From NCBI GenBank assembly GCA_964442255.1, contig CAYTYC010000013.1, forward strand, positions 1 to 33,624: a stretch of DNA of 33,624 nt, in the 5' to 3' direction. The translations under genes and the position numbers were made by a program. Positions 17,014 to 26,977 of this stretch are shown in pieces. The notes beneath the pieces are model-generated. The model had not been told where the DNA came from. It made no database searches and saw nothing but the letters and a program-made list of their open reading frames with translations. Position 1 is the first letter of the stretch, and each line of letters opens with the position of its first letter. This DNA is from an uncultured archaeon (GTDB lineage Archaea; Iainarchaeota; Iainarchaeia; Iainarchaeales; 1-14-0-10-31-34).

Positions 17014-17944
17014 AAACGCTGAACCAAAAGGCGCAGTTCAGGAAAACAACAGCCCAAATAAGTGAAACAATTTTCCATTCCTTCATCGGGCCGAAAACCC
17101 GGATAAGCAGTTTTGCGAAATCATAACCGCTTGCAGAATCAGGCATTCCAATTCTTCCGTCCGAAAGGATTTTGTAGGGCCTTGTTTTGGATTGGGAGGC
17201 GTCCTTTGCATTGGTTAAAAGCTTTAAAGCGAAGAAGTCAACCATGTGCGGAAGAAAGAAAAGGAACACAAGAAAAAAGTGCAGGGGGTTTCCGTTCAAT
17301 ACCGCAAGACCCGCAATCCCTGACCCAAAGAAAAGCGTTCCCGCATCCCCTTCCAAAGCCTTTGCCGGGTAAATGTTCCACGCAAGGAACGCAACAATAA
17401 GCCCGGCCAGTATTACCGCCATTCCGTAAAGAATAGTTCCCTGCATTAACAGCAGGGTGAAGGACGCTATTATCAGCCCGCTTCCCGCCTGCCAGCCGTT
17501 CAGCCCCGCGAAAGTGTTCTGGAAGGAGGCAATTCCAGCCACAAACAATGCCAGGGGAACAACCCAAAGGATTGAGGGGGCGAAAAAAAATGCAAAGCCA
17601 AGCGAAGCCACCGCAATTGGAACCGCCCTCACTTTCCACCCCAAAAAGGGCTTCACAAATTTTGGCTTCATGTCGTCAAGGAATCCGATTACCGAAAAAA
17701 TGCTTGCAAGCAGCCCCCAAGCAATGGGGGCAATGCTTTGGGTGTGAAGGAAAAGAGCCAAAACCGAAAGCCAGAGGGCAGGCAAAAGCGCTATTCCCGT
17801 GCCTTCGCTTATTTCCGGCAGCGAAGGCTTGTTTATGTCCATGCCTATTGCAATCCGCCTGTTTTCGTTCACTTTCCTGTAAAGGAACACAAACAAAAAT
17901 CCGAGAACCGAGGAAAAAATAAGCAAAAAAACAGTGTCAGCCAT
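16994..17944 (-). CDS. Glycosyltransferase family 4 (UDP-GlcNAc:polyprenol-phosphate GlcNAc-1-P transferase-like)
   Basis: GMDINKP, IGFLDD, NTFAGLNG, WNIYPAKALEGDAGT. Confidence 0.85.
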   Translation of the reverse strand: MADTVFLLIFSSVLGFLFVFLYRKVNENRRIAIGMDINKPSLPEISEGTGIALLPALWLSVLALFLHTQSIAPIAWGLLASIFSVIGFLDDMKPKFVKPFLGWKVRAVPIAVASLGFAFFFAPSILWVVPLALFVAGIASFQNTFAGLNGWQAGSGLIIASFTLLLMQGTILYGMAVILAGLIVAFLAWNIYPAKALEGDAGTLFFGSGIAGLAVLNGNPLHFFLVFLFFLPHMVDFFALKLLTNAKDASQSKTRPYKILSDGRIGMPDSASGYDFAKLLIRVFGPMKEWKIVSLIWAVVFLNCAFWFSVFMLFLG

Positions 17945-19202
17945 TTTTCATTAACTCCCGTAAAATTATTGTCGCATAATTTCCTTTCGGAAGGCTGAAA
18001 GCGATTGCCGCAAGGCTTTTTCCCTTGTTTAGCTCATCCGCGCCTGTCGCTATTATTTTGGGCTCTTCTGGTTTTAAAACAATCTGTTTTCTTGAGCCTT
18101 TTGAGGAAACCTCGGGCATTTGCCTTACCCTGAAGTTTTCCAGCGAAATTCCCTCTTCCTCCAGAACCAGTCCCTCTATTTTTCCCGCCTTTCCTTTTGC
18201 GAGAACGCTTTCAAACCCGTAGAGGGCAGCGGTTGGAACCCCGCACTCCAAAATGTCTCCGCCCGTTTTTTCCAGCCCAATTCCTTCTTCAATTCTCTTG
18301 TTTATTATTTTGTTAAACAAATAGGACTGGTATGCGTGCACAAACATATACCTTAAAGAGCGCGGAAGCTTTTGGAACGCCCCGACAAAATCCTTTGGAT
18401 GCCTGCACAGGTGGTGGAGTATTGCGCGCTCGTACCTGTATTTTGCGGGAAAAGAGTTTGACGCCCTGCTGTAGTTTCCGGTTTTCGCAAGCTCAATCCG
18501 CGCGTCCTTCACGTTTTCTTCTTCCTCAGGGGAAACGGACGTCAAGTAAAGCATCACCCCTTTTTCAATTTCTCCCTTCACGAACTCTTTTCCGACCAAG
18601 TGCGTCACTTTTCGTATTCCCCCGAACCTCTGCTCCCCAAAATAATTTATTACCCCTTTTTCCATTTGCCTGAAGCATTCCTCCAGGTTTTTCCTGAGCT
18701 CTTTTTCCCCCAATCCAATCCCGCGGATTGTGACCTCAAACCGGTTTCCCTTCAAGTCCCCCAAATCAACGCGTTCTTTTCCCCATTCCGGGTTCCTTAA
18801 GCGCAGGTACCTGGACTTAAAGCCATCAACTTTTTTTGCTTCGGGATTGAAAAGCGAAATTCTCTGCACTGTTACAGCGCGCTTGTCCTTCATTCCTGCA
18901 AAACCCACGCGCTTTTTGCTGAACCCCATGGAACGGGTTATTCTCCTGACCGCGTCATTCACGTCCAGGTTGAATTTTTCCATTTCAATGACAAGCTGGC
19001 TGAATTCCCTTTCATCTGTCCTTTCCGGAACCTTCAGCCCCGCGTCATCCAAACCCTTTTCAAATGTTGTTTCCAGAACCCTTCCTTCAGGGGTTATCTC
19101 CCGCACAATGAAATCCGTTGGCTTCTGCTTTATTTTTCCCCCTATTCCGGGAGTTGAGGTCGTGAAATGGATTATTCCTGTCAAAAGCAGTTTCACCTTC
19201 AC
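17937..19202 (-). CDS. truD: tRNA pseudouridine(13) synthase
   Basis: DFIVRE, AGMKDKRAVTVQ, GDLKGNRF, NYFGEQRFG, HAYQSYLFN, FSLPKGNYAT; exact start uncertain. Confidence 0.95.
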   Translation of the reverse strand: MKVKLLLTGIIHFTTSTPGIGGKIKQKPTDFIVREITPEGRVLETTFEKGLDDAGLKVPERTDEREFSQLVIEMEKFNLDVNDAVRRITRSMGFSKKRVGFAGMKDKRAVTVQRISLFNPEAKKVDGFKSRYLRLRNPEWGKERVDLGDLKGNRFEVTIRGIGLGEKELRKNLEECFRQMEKGVINYFGEQRFGGIRKVTHLVGKEFVKGEIEKGVMLYLTSVSPEEEENVKDARIELAKTGNYSRASNSFPAKYRYERAILHHLCRHPKDFVGAFQKLPRSLRYMFVHAYQSYLFNKIINKRIEEGIGLEKTGGDILECGVPTAALYGFESVLAKGKAGKIEGLVLEEEGISLENFRVRQMPEVSSKGSRKQIVLKPEEPKIIATGADELNKGKSLAAIAFSLPKGNYATIILRELMKNG

Positions 19203-20431
19203 TTGTACCTGAGCAGGGCGCCTATTCCTCCGAATCCCCTGAAAAACTGTTCGCCTTCATCTGTTTCGGTTGAAATTATTTTGATTTCCGCGCCTGTTTC
19301 CGACGCCTTTTCAAGCATGTAATCCAGATAATCAACTTCTTCCACTATTTCCATTGGTGAACCGCATTTCGGGCAGTTCATTGTTGAAGGCACTTCCCCG
19401 GATTCCTTTATTATTTGCACGTGCTCTTCACCGCATGCATCGCATTTTCCTTTAAGCACGGTCCACTCAATCCCTTCGCTCAGCAAAAGTGTTTTCGCCT
19501 GCCCTATTTTGAGCGCGCCTTCAGCCTCTTTTTGGCCGTAGGCAGCAAGCCCTCCTTTAACTGCCTCCTCCAGGAATTCATTTAAAATGCTTTTTTCTTT
19601 CATGAGGGCGGTGCCCTTCAGTATTTCCCCGGATTTTTGCACCACTTCCCTTATCCCCGATTCATCCGTGTAAGAGGTGTCAACGGTTCCCAGGATTTTT
19701 TCCTTCAGCCTGTGGTCCAATTCCCCCTGCTCCAGGAAATCGTTTTTCGTTATTCCCGGGCCGCCGATAATCATTCCCTTCAGGGTGTTGCCGTATTCCA
19801 GGAAAATCGAGTTAACCTTTTCGGAAACCCGTTTGAAGAATTCCTTTGCTGCCTCCTCCCTCAGCCTTTCAAAACGGTGGGCGCTCTGCCCTCCAGCCCG
19901 CGTCTTTCCCGCAACACCTGAAGTAAAATGCCCGAGGATGTCGTATTTTTTTCCCTTCAAAACCGCGACAGTTGATTCCCTTTTGTCTATTGTAACCAGC
20001 GCGTAAATTTCAGTGGGTTTCGCCATTTCCTCCAATGGCTTCAAATGGAATTCGGAATCGCACCAGTAAAGTTTTACTTTAAGCGTTTGTGGGGGGCGGA
20101 GGGTGAAAAGCCTTATGTCTGTTTTTCCCTCCTGCTCTGAAATGTTTCCACAGAACACAACCAACCCGTTTTTCGGGATTTTGAAGTCAATTTGCTTCAA
20201 GAAATTGTTTATTTTTCTGAGCGCGCCCTGCACGTTTTTCCGGGTCTGCGGGCTTTTGATGTTGGAGCTCTGGCTCATTTCCTCGGTTATCTGCCCCATA
20301 ACCGTGCCCCTGTCGGCATCCTCCGGAATGTAGAGGCTGATTAGCTCTGTGCCCTTTCCCCTGAACCGGGAAAGCTTCCTGAGTTTTTTCCTGAAAACAA
20401 TCCCCAATTCCTGTTCATCCACTTCACGCAT
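19199..20431 (-). CDS. prf1: Peptide chain release factor aRF1
   Basis: GTELISLYIP, NIKS, YWCD, GGQSAHRFER, FGGIGALLRYK; GGTGA RBS before ATG 20431. Confidence 0.96.
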   Translation of the reverse strand: MREVDEQELGIVFRKKLRKLSRFRGKGTELISLYIPEDADRGTVMGQITEEMSQSSNIKSPQTRKNVQGALRKINNFLKQIDFKIPKNGLVVFCGNISEQEGKTDIRLFTLRPPQTLKVKLYWCDSEFHLKPLEEMAKPTEIYALVTIDKRESTVAVLKGKKYDILGHFTSGVAGKTRAGGQSAHRFERLREEAAKEFFKRVSEKVNSIFLEYGNTLKGMIIGGPGITKNDFLEQGELDHRLKEKILGTVDTSYTDESGIREVVQKSGEILKGTALMKEKSILNEFLEEAVKGGLAAYGQKEAEGALKIGQAKTLLLSEGIEWTVLKGKCDACGEEHVQIIKESGEVPSTMNCPKCGSPMEIVEEVDYLDYMLEKASETGAEIKIISTETDEGEQFFRGFGGIGALLRYK

Positions 20432-20497
20432 GCAATCACCTAAATTATTGAACATCAACCTTATTAATCACTTCCAACTAAATCATCCTGATTCCTG

Positions 20498-21286
20498 ATG
20501 TTTGATATGTTTGACATGTTCAACGAGGAAAAGCAGGGCTCCCCGCCCCCTTCCCCTGAACCCGATTACTCCCCTTCTTCTTCAGGAACCCTTTTTGTTG
20601 TTTCCATTGGGGGAAGCGCAATCATAAAGCAAAAGCCGGACTCTTCGCTGATAGCAAAAATAGCGAACTCCGTTAATAACCTTAAAAGGGAAGGCTATAA
20701 ATTCGCTTTGGTTGTGGGGGGAGGAAAGATTGCAAGGGATTATGTCACCGCGGCAAAAACCCTGGGCTCAAACTATTACCTTATGGATGAATTGGCGATA
20801 ACAATCACCCAGGCGAACGCAATGCTTTTAATCAACGCCCTGGAGGACGCCTACCCAAAGGTTTTAACTGATGTGAGGAAATCCAGGGAAGTGATTGACT
20901 CCGGAAAAATTCCCGTGTTTGGGGGGCTTCTCCCGGTTTTTACAACCGATTCCGTTGCCGCGCTTGTTTCAGAGTATTTGAACGCAACCTTCATCAACCT
21001 TTCAAACACGGAAGGCGTTTACACTTCCGACCCCAAAAAATTCAGGGACGCGGAACTGATAAAGGAAATGAGCCATGACCGCCTTCTCCGCATAGCGCTG
21101 AAATCCGATACCGGTGAACCGGGAAAAAATTTAATTCTTGACACAGTCGCGTGCATGATTCTTTCAAGAAGCAAAATTCCTGCCTTTGTTCTCTGCGCGG
21201 AGGACACGGACAACTTTGAGAACGCGGTGCGGGGGCAGGAGTTTGAAGGAACATTAATCAGGGGCGAAGCTTCAGGCTTTCCTTGA
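20498..21286 (+). CDS. pyrH: Uridylate kinase
   Basis: VSIGGS, VVGGGKIARDY, DELAI, TTDSVAA, GVYTSDPKK. Confidence 0.92.
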   Translation: MFDMFDMFNEEKQGSPPPSPEPDYSPSSSGTLFVVSIGGSAIIKQKPDSSLIAKIANSVNNLKREGYKFALVVGGGKIARDYVTAAKTLGSNYYLMDELAITITQANAMLLINALEDAYPKVLTDVRKSREVIDSGKIPVFGGLLPVFTTDSVAALVSEYLNATFINLSNTEGVYTSDPKKFRDAELIKEMSHDRLLRIALKSDTGEPGKNLILDTVACMILSRSKIPAFVLCAEDTDNFENAVRGQEFEGTLIRGEASGFP

Positions 21287-22232
21287 CTTCATCCGGATTA
21301 ACAATCGGTTTCCCATATGCCTTAAAATCATCAACCGCAATCCTCGGGCATGCCGTGTTTACCAGCACTTCAGGTTTCAGCCCAATGAATTTTTCAGGGG
21401 AAACAAAATCCATCTCAAACAATACGGCTTTCTTGCCTTTTTTTTCCAGAAGCCTTTTCAGTTCCAGGGCTTCTTTCAGATTCTTTTGCCCTGTTTTGGT
21501 GGAAACAATTAACCCAAAACTTTTCCCTTTTCCGGCCAACGCGATTCTCGCGCTTTTCTGCCTCAAAAGCATTTCCCTTTCCTTTCTGTAAGAAGAAAAT
21601 TCGTTTTCAAGCGGGTTGAAGGAGTAAACGGGCTTTTCGGTTTCCAGGGAAAGCCCGAGGGGATGAAATTTTCCGTCCCCAACAAAAACAACCGCATCCG
21701 CATCCTTTTCCACTGCCTTCACTGAAGAATAATTGCACCCCAAAATTTGCCCCATTTTTTTCACGCCTTTTCCCCTTCCTGCCAGAACCCTGAAACCAGC
21801 CAACTCCAGTTCCTTTTGAATCCCGCCCAGGGAATCCGAAAACTGTGCCGTTGAGCAGAGCGCAACCGCCTTTGGCTTTGCTTTTTTCCCCAGTGAAAGC
21901 AGGCTTTCCGCCAAAATCTTTCCCTCAGCCTGGGCATTTAAACCGTATTTGAGGGGCCAAAAAATTGTTTTGACGCCGGATTTTGCGGTTTTGGTGTGCC
22001 CGAGATGCACTATTAACTCAGCCTTAAGCCCTTGTGCTGCGCTTTCCCTTAAATCGCATGCCCCGTAGCAGGGGTCAAGGGAAACAAACACCTCTGCTCC
22101 TGAAGCCTTTTCCAGGCTTTCCGCTATTTCTTCAGCCCGTCCCTTCAGCCCTTCGGGAACCTGCAAAAAAACCCTTTTGGGATTCATTTCAGAAACCTTT
22201 TTCCCAAGCCTGCCTAATTCCAGCTCAAGCAT
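21258..22232 (-). CDS. dph2: Diphthamide biosynthesis Fe-S enzyme
   Basis: LQVPEGLK, PCYGACD, GQILGC, GDGKFH, TACPRIAVDD; ATG at 22232. Confidence 0.94.
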   Translation of the reverse strand: MLELELGRLGKKVSEMNPKRVFLQVPEGLKGRAEEIAESLEKASGAEVFVSLDPCYGACDLRESAAQGLKAELIVHLGHTKTAKSGVKTIFWPLKYGLNAQAEGKILAESLLSLGKKAKPKAVALCSTAQFSDSLGGIQKELELAGFRVLAGRGKGVKKMGQILGCNYSSVKAVEKDADAVVFVGDGKFHPLGLSLETEKPVYSFNPLENEFSSYRKEREMLLRQKSARIALAGKGKSFGLIVSTKTGQKNLKEALELKRLLEKKGKKAVLFEMDFVSPEKFIGLKPEVLVNTACPRIAVDDFKAYGKPIVNPDEVKESLKLRP

Positions 22233-22376
22233 GAAGAAATCTGAATGGGAAGAAATTATAAAGGCTTTCCGGAAAAAATTTTTTTCCCTATTTTTCACTC
22301 CACGACAAAAATTTTTTTTTCCCTTTCCGCAGGCGGCGGCCGCCTTTTTCCGGGCGCCTTTAAGATTTTTTTCTTT

Positions 22377-22483
22377 AAAAACCCCTTCCGGGAACCCCGC
22401 CTGTTTCAATGGGCGGATGAATCGGGGTTTTTGCAGGCCGTTTGCGGGAACAAAAATTCGGCGAATTTTTAATCCGCCGTAGT
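22377..22483. repeat. Dispersed ~105-bp intergenic element, copy 2 (uninterrupted)
   Basis: Similar to 15193-15370 minus the 73-bp duplication+insert; hairpin CCGCCTG-TTTCAA-TGGGCGG. Confidence 0.8.
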
Positions 22484-22513
22484 TTAACAGACAACGGATT
22501 TTTTTTTTTTTCC

Positions 22514-24913
22514 TTATTCCTCGCTGTAAAATTTTTTCAGAGCCTGCCTTTTTGCCTCAAGCAACGCAAACCTCTTGATTTTTTCAACGGAGTCAATGTT
22601 TGCGGACACGCTGTCAATCCCGTATTCCACAAGCTTTCCAACCATTTCCGGGTTTGAGGCGGCCTGCCCGCAAATGGATGTTTTCACTCCCGCAGGCTTG
22701 CACTCTTTTATCACTTTTTCGCACTGTTTGAGCACCGCGGGATGCAGTGCGGTGAACCATTTCTGTATCCTGAAATTGTTTCTGTCCAGTCCAAGGGTTA
22801 GCTGCGTTAAGTCGTTTGTGCCGAAGGAAATGAAGTCAATTCCTTCCTTAATGAATTCGCCTATTGCAAGAGCCGAAGCAGGGGTTTCCACCATTATCCC
22901 GAACTCAACGTCAGCCCTTGGTTTTAGTCCAACTGATTCCGCTATCTCTTTTGCCTTCCTTAATTCATCCGGGTGCTGGGCAAAGGGAATCATTACGCCG
23001 ACGTTTTTCAGCCCTTCTTCCGCCAGTTCCTTTATTGCCTTGAATTCCGCCTTTAAAATTTCGGGTTCGTCCAGGCTTCTCCTTATTCCGTGCCACCCAA
23101 GCATGGGGTTGTCTTCCTTTGGCTCTTTTTCCCCTCCCTTAAGCTTGGTGAATTCGTCTGTCCTCGCGTCAAATGTCCTATACCACACAGGCGTTCCCTT
23201 GAATTTTTCCGCAACATTCCTTATTCCCTTTTTTATTGTGTCCACAAGCTCTTCGCTTTTTCCCTGCCTGATGAATTCAGCCGGATGAATTCCGGAGGAG
23301 GTAATCATGTGCTCCGCCCTCAATAACCCGACGCCTTCGGCACCCGTTTTTGCGGCGTTTTCCGCGGCCTCAGGGAGGGCGACATTTACCTTCACTTTCA
23401 CGGAGCGCTTTTCCAGCAGCGCAAGAATTTTTTCCTTTTCGCCTTCCCCGCGGGAAACCTCTTCGCCCTCTTTTTTAAGCCGCTCAACCAGCGGCTCAAC
23501 CTCGTACTTTTCTATTATCTCTATTTCGCTTTCCTTTTTCTCCGGCCTTTCAACCTCTTTTTTCCCCCTGAAAACTTTTCCAGTGAAGCCGTCAACGGTG
23601 AGTGTTTCTCCGCTGCACAATGTTTTTGTTGCATTGCCTGTCCCCACCACGCACGGAATTCCTAATTCCCTGCTTACAATCGCCGCATGGCACGTTACCC
23701 CGCCTTCATCGGTTATTATTGCCCTGCTTTTCCTCATCGCCGGAACCCAGTCAGGGGTGGTCATTGCTGTGACGAGAATGTCGCCTTTCTCCACTTTCCC
23801 GATTTCCTCTACCGAAGGAATCACTTTTGCTTTCCCTGAAACAATTCCCGGCGATGCGCCGAGGCCGGTTATGAGTGATTCTTTTCCCTCCCACGCTTTT
23901 TTCTCTTCCTTTATTTCCTCTGTTTCTTTTTCTTTTCCCAGCTTAAGGGTTGTTATGGGCCGGGACTGCAGGATGTAAACGTTGTTTTTTTCTATTCCCC
24001 ATTCAATGTCCTGCGGATTCCTGTAATGGAGCTCAATTTGTTTCCCTATTTTCGCCAGCTCCAGTATTTGGCTGTCCAGGATTTTTTGCTTCTCCTGCTT
24101 TGCTTTCTGCACTTCAACTTTTTCGCACCCGTTTGGGGTGGGCGAAGTCATCCACTGCTGCTTGTGCACCTTTTTTTCCAGGATCTTCATGCTTCCCTTG
24201 TCCACGTAATAAGTGTCGGGGGTGATTGAGCCGGAAACAATGCTTTCCCCGAGACCGTATCCCCCTTCAATGACAATCTTTTTTTTGTCTCCCTCCGGGG
24301 AGGCGGTGAACATTACTCCGCTGAAGTCGGAGTTAACCATTCTCTGCACCACAACGGCCATCCCCACTTTTTCGGTTGCAAAATTCTGTTTTTTCCTGTA
24401 GTAAACCGCGCGGGAAGTGAAAAGCGACGCCCAGCATTTTTTGATTGCCCCGGAAAGCTGTTTTCTTCCCTTCACGTTCAGGTAGGTTTCCTGTTGCCCC
24501 GCAAAACTCGCCTCAGGCAGATCTTCAGCCGTTGCGCTGCTTCTCACCGCAACAGCCTCCTCCTCCCTTGAAGTAAGCCAGGCAAGCTGTTTTTCCCCGA
24601 GCTTGCTGTAGTATGCGCGGATTTCTTCCTCCAAATCCGGGTCCATTTCCGTTCCAAGAATCAGTTCCCTTATTTTTCCTGCCACGGAATTCAACTGCGC
24701 CGAGTCCTCCACATTGATTGAGTCAATTTCTTTCACAATTGTTTCCTTCAGCCCGCGCTTTTCAATGAAATCAAAATAAGCTTTTGAGGTCACGATGAAT
24801 CCGGGCGGAACGGGAAAGTCCTCGGACACCATTTCGCCGAGCGAGGCGCCCTTGCCCCCGACAAGCCCGACATCCTTTTTTCTCACTTCCCTGAACCAAA
24901 CAATTTGCTTCAT
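22514..24913 (-). CDS. ppsA: Phosphoenolpyruvate synthase
   Basis: VGGKGASLGEM, AVRSSATAED..SFAGQQET, TCHAAIVSRELG, GVGLLRAE, EDNPMLGWHG, SFGTNDLTQ, SICGQA. Confidence 0.96.
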   Translation of the reverse strand: MKQIVWFREVRKKDVGLVGGKGASLGEMVSEDFPVPPGFIVTSKAYFDFIEKRGLKETIVKEIDSINVEDSAQLNSVAGKIRELILGTEMDPDLEEEIRAYYSKLGEKQLAWLTSREEEAVAVRSSATAEDLPEASFAGQQETYLNVKGRKQLSGAIKKCWASLFTSRAVYYRKKQNFATEKVGMAVVVQRMVNSDFSGVMFTASPEGDKKKIVIEGGYGLGESIVSGSITPDTYYVDKGSMKILEKKVHKQQWMTSPTPNGCEKVEVQKAKQEKQKILDSQILELAKIGKQIELHYRNPQDIEWGIEKNNVYILQSRPITTLKLGKEKETEEIKEEKKAWEGKESLITGLGASPGIVSGKAKVIPSVEEIGKVEKGDILVTAMTTPDWVPAMRKSRAIITDEGGVTCHAAIVSRELGIPCVVGTGNATKTLCSGETLTVDGFTGKVFRGKKEVERPEKKESEIEIIEKYEVEPLVERLKKEGEEVSRGEGEKEKILALLEKRSVKVKVNVALPEAAENAAKTGAEGVGLLRAEHMITSSGIHPAEFIRQGKSEELVDTIKKGIRNVAEKFKGTPVWYRTFDARTDEFTKLKGGEKEPKEDNPMLGWHGIRRSLDEPEILKAEFKAIKELAEEGLKNVGVMIPFAQHPDELRKAKEIAESVGLKPRADVEFGIMVETPASALAIGEFIKEGIDFISFGTNDLTQLTLGLDRNNFRIQKWFTALHPAVLKQCEKVIKECKPAGVKTSICGQAASNPEMVGKLVEYGIDSVSANIDSVEKIKRFALLEAKRQALKKFYSEE

Positions 24914-24956
24914 TTTTTTCGCTTAAGAATAGGGGTTTCCTGAAATAAAAGGCTTT

Positions 24957-26132
24957 CTATCTTTTTTCCAGCAAATAAACGTTTCTTTTTATTTTGCTTT
25001 CCTCTTTCAGTTCCACGGGAAAAATTTTTCCAGCACCCTTCAGGGAAACATCCGTGAATCCGTTTTCCCTGAAAACATTTTCCTTAACGCAAAAAAACCC
25101 GCCTTCCCTTAACGGAATGCATGGAAGAATTACCGCGGCCCTTCCCTTTTCCTTCAAAACTTTTTCAAGCGATTCAAAAAATTTTGAGTAAAGAGACTCA
25201 AGCTCTCCGGCAGTTTTTTCTGCGTCTTTTCTTGAAGGGGTTTCTTTTATAAACGGCCCAAGGAAAGGCTCTGTTGCGGCCGCATCCGCTTCCCTGACCA
25301 GCCCATGCACTTTCCCTGCGTCCCCTTCCATTACTTTCCATTCCGCCCTGCACCCAAATTTTTTTTTGAACCACTCCAGATTCTTCTTTGCCTTCCCGAC
25401 TGCCTCCTTGTCCGTGTCAACCCCCGCGGAATTAATTCCCCTCTGCATTGCCTCCTGCAAAATGGTGCCGATTCCGCAGAAAGGGTCCAGAAGGGTTTCC
25501 CCGGGCTTTGCCCCGCTCAAATTCACCAGAATTCCCGCAACCCTGACGGAAAGCGTGTGCAGGGGCCTTTGCTCCGGCTTGCCTAAATCCTTTTCCCGGC
25601 TTTCCTTTGGGTTGGAGCATGAAACAGTTTTTCCCGCAAAAACTTTTTTCCCGGAAAATTCAACCAATAAATCCAGCCCTTTGCGCAGTAGCTTCCATCT
25701 TTCCACCTCAGACGGGTTGACCACAAACTCTTTTTCTTTTCCATGGGGCTTGGGGTGCTTGAGAACCGCCTTAAGCCGTTCATTTTTCGCCTTTCCCTTC
25801 ACAATCCCGGCAATTTCCCGGAACTCTTTTCTTTTTCCTCTGGAAAAATCGTTCAAACAGTAAAAAAATTTTTTTCCTGAAGGAAAGAAGTCTTTTTCCT
25901 TAAGTTCCCGAAAAACACTTTCAGCGTTTCCCTGTGAAAGAATTTCCCCAATTTTCACGGTTCCTGCCAGTTCCCTTTGAAGTTCTTCCGCCTCAAGAAC
26001 GGTTTCCACTAGCGCAGTTCTTTCCCCCAGCCCCCTGAATTTGAAATCCGGTGAATGCTTTTCCAGGAACGCGCAGGCCTCCGCCCTGCATAAAAGCGGG
26101 TCCCTTCCAAAAACAAAAAAATATTTTTTCAT
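24957..26132 (-). CDS. RNA methyltransferase, Trm11/TrmG10-like (UPF0020 family)
   Basis: LLDPFCGIGTILQEA SAM-binding motif; ATEPFLG. Confidence 0.8.
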   Translation of the reverse strand: MKKYFFVFGRDPLLCRAEACAFLEKHSPDFKFRGLGERTALVETVLEAEELQRELAGTVKIGEILSQGNAESVFRELKEKDFFPSGKKFFYCLNDFSRGKRKEFREIAGIVKGKAKNERLKAVLKHPKPHGKEKEFVVNPSEVERWKLLRKGLDLLVEFSGKKVFAGKTVSCSNPKESREKDLGKPEQRPLHTLSVRVAGILVNLSGAKPGETLLDPFCGIGTILQEAMQRGINSAGVDTDKEAVGKAKKNLEWFKKKFGCRAEWKVMEGDAGKVHGLVREADAAATEPFLGPFIKETPSRKDAEKTAGELESLYSKFFESLEKVLKEKGRAAVILPCIPLREGGFFCVKENVFRENGFTDVSLKGAGKIFPVELKEESKIKRNVYLLEKR

Positions 26133-26159
26133 CAAAAGAAATGGCGCCACAATTATTTA

Positions 26160-26873
26160 TTATTTTTTCTTCCCTTCATTTTTTTCCATTTCCTTGGGCT
26201 TTTCTTCCTTTTTTCCGCCTTTTTCCTCTTCCCTGCCTTCCTTTTTCTCCCCTTCCTTCTTTTCTTCCTCTTCTTCCCCTTCTTTTTCCTCTTTCTTTTC
26301 TTCCACTATTTCCCTGACCTTTTTCGGCAGGGTGCCGATGCTTTCAATGTCTGTTCCGGCCCTAACGGAAATCTTTGAGGTAATCCTTGCGGCGGCCTTC
26401 TCCAAAGCCTTTTTGGCCTCTGTCAAGTGCTCTTTCTTTACAAGCACGCTGATTATTTTTTGTCCCCCCTTTACCCTTGCAGCCCTTCCAATGGGCTTTC
26501 CGAACGGGCAGTTTCCCATTCCCTGGCTTACCCTGTCCGCCCCGGCGCCGGTTGCCATCTTGTTTTCCCTCAGTATTTGGTGCGGGTAAATCCTTATCCG
26601 CATAAAAAAATTGTCTTTCCCTATTTTCTTCACAAGCGCCCTGTTAATTGCAAGGCGGGCGGATTCAATGGAGTTGTCCCTTATCTGAACGCTTTCTTCG
26701 GCAAACAAATCCAGGATTGTGTCATATTTTTGAAGGGGGTTTCCCATATTGAATTGCCTTGTCCTCAAGCCGGGAGTTGCGCCGATAAAGTTTTTTCGGT
26801 GCACTTTCAGCGCGACGCGTGTGTAAGCCCTGTCTTTCAGGCTCCTGTAGCATCGCCCTGGCCGCAAACCCAT
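26160..26873 (-). CDS. rpl10e: 50S ribosomal protein L10e (uL16) with a long charged C-terminal tail
   Basis: MGLRPGRCYR, QIRDNSIESAR, YPHQILRENKM, GADRVSQGM, FGKPIGRAARV. Confidence 0.95.
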   Translation of the reverse strand: MGLRPGRCYRSLKDRAYTRVALKVHRKNFIGATPGLRTRQFNMGNPLQKYDTILDLFAEESVQIRDNSIESARLAINRALVKKIGKDNFFMRIRIYPHQILRENKMATGAGADRVSQGMGNCPFGKPIGRAARVKGGQKIISVLVKKEHLTEAKKALEKAAARITSKISVRAGTDIESIGTLPKKVREIVEEKKEEKEGEEEEEKKEGEKKEGREEEKGGKKEEKPKEMEKNEGKKK

Positions 26874-26977
26874 TTTTTTCCCTTCAAAACCATTAAAATC
26901 AGGCAAAAAAAAGCCGTTATTTATAAGAGGATAGCCATTAAAAGGTTTTTAAGCCTTGCTATTAAAAGGGGAAGGCA

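Noticed and set aside
22233..22409. N-terminal extensions of dph2 (also priS, gins15, aRF1, rpl10e) in the ORF track
   Set aside because: They run through promoter, repeat or upstream-gene sequence; family homology starts at downstream ATGs
22575..23978. Long plus-strand ORFs (237 and 223 aa)
   Set aside because: Antisense shadows of ppsA; similar shadows occur over most genes here
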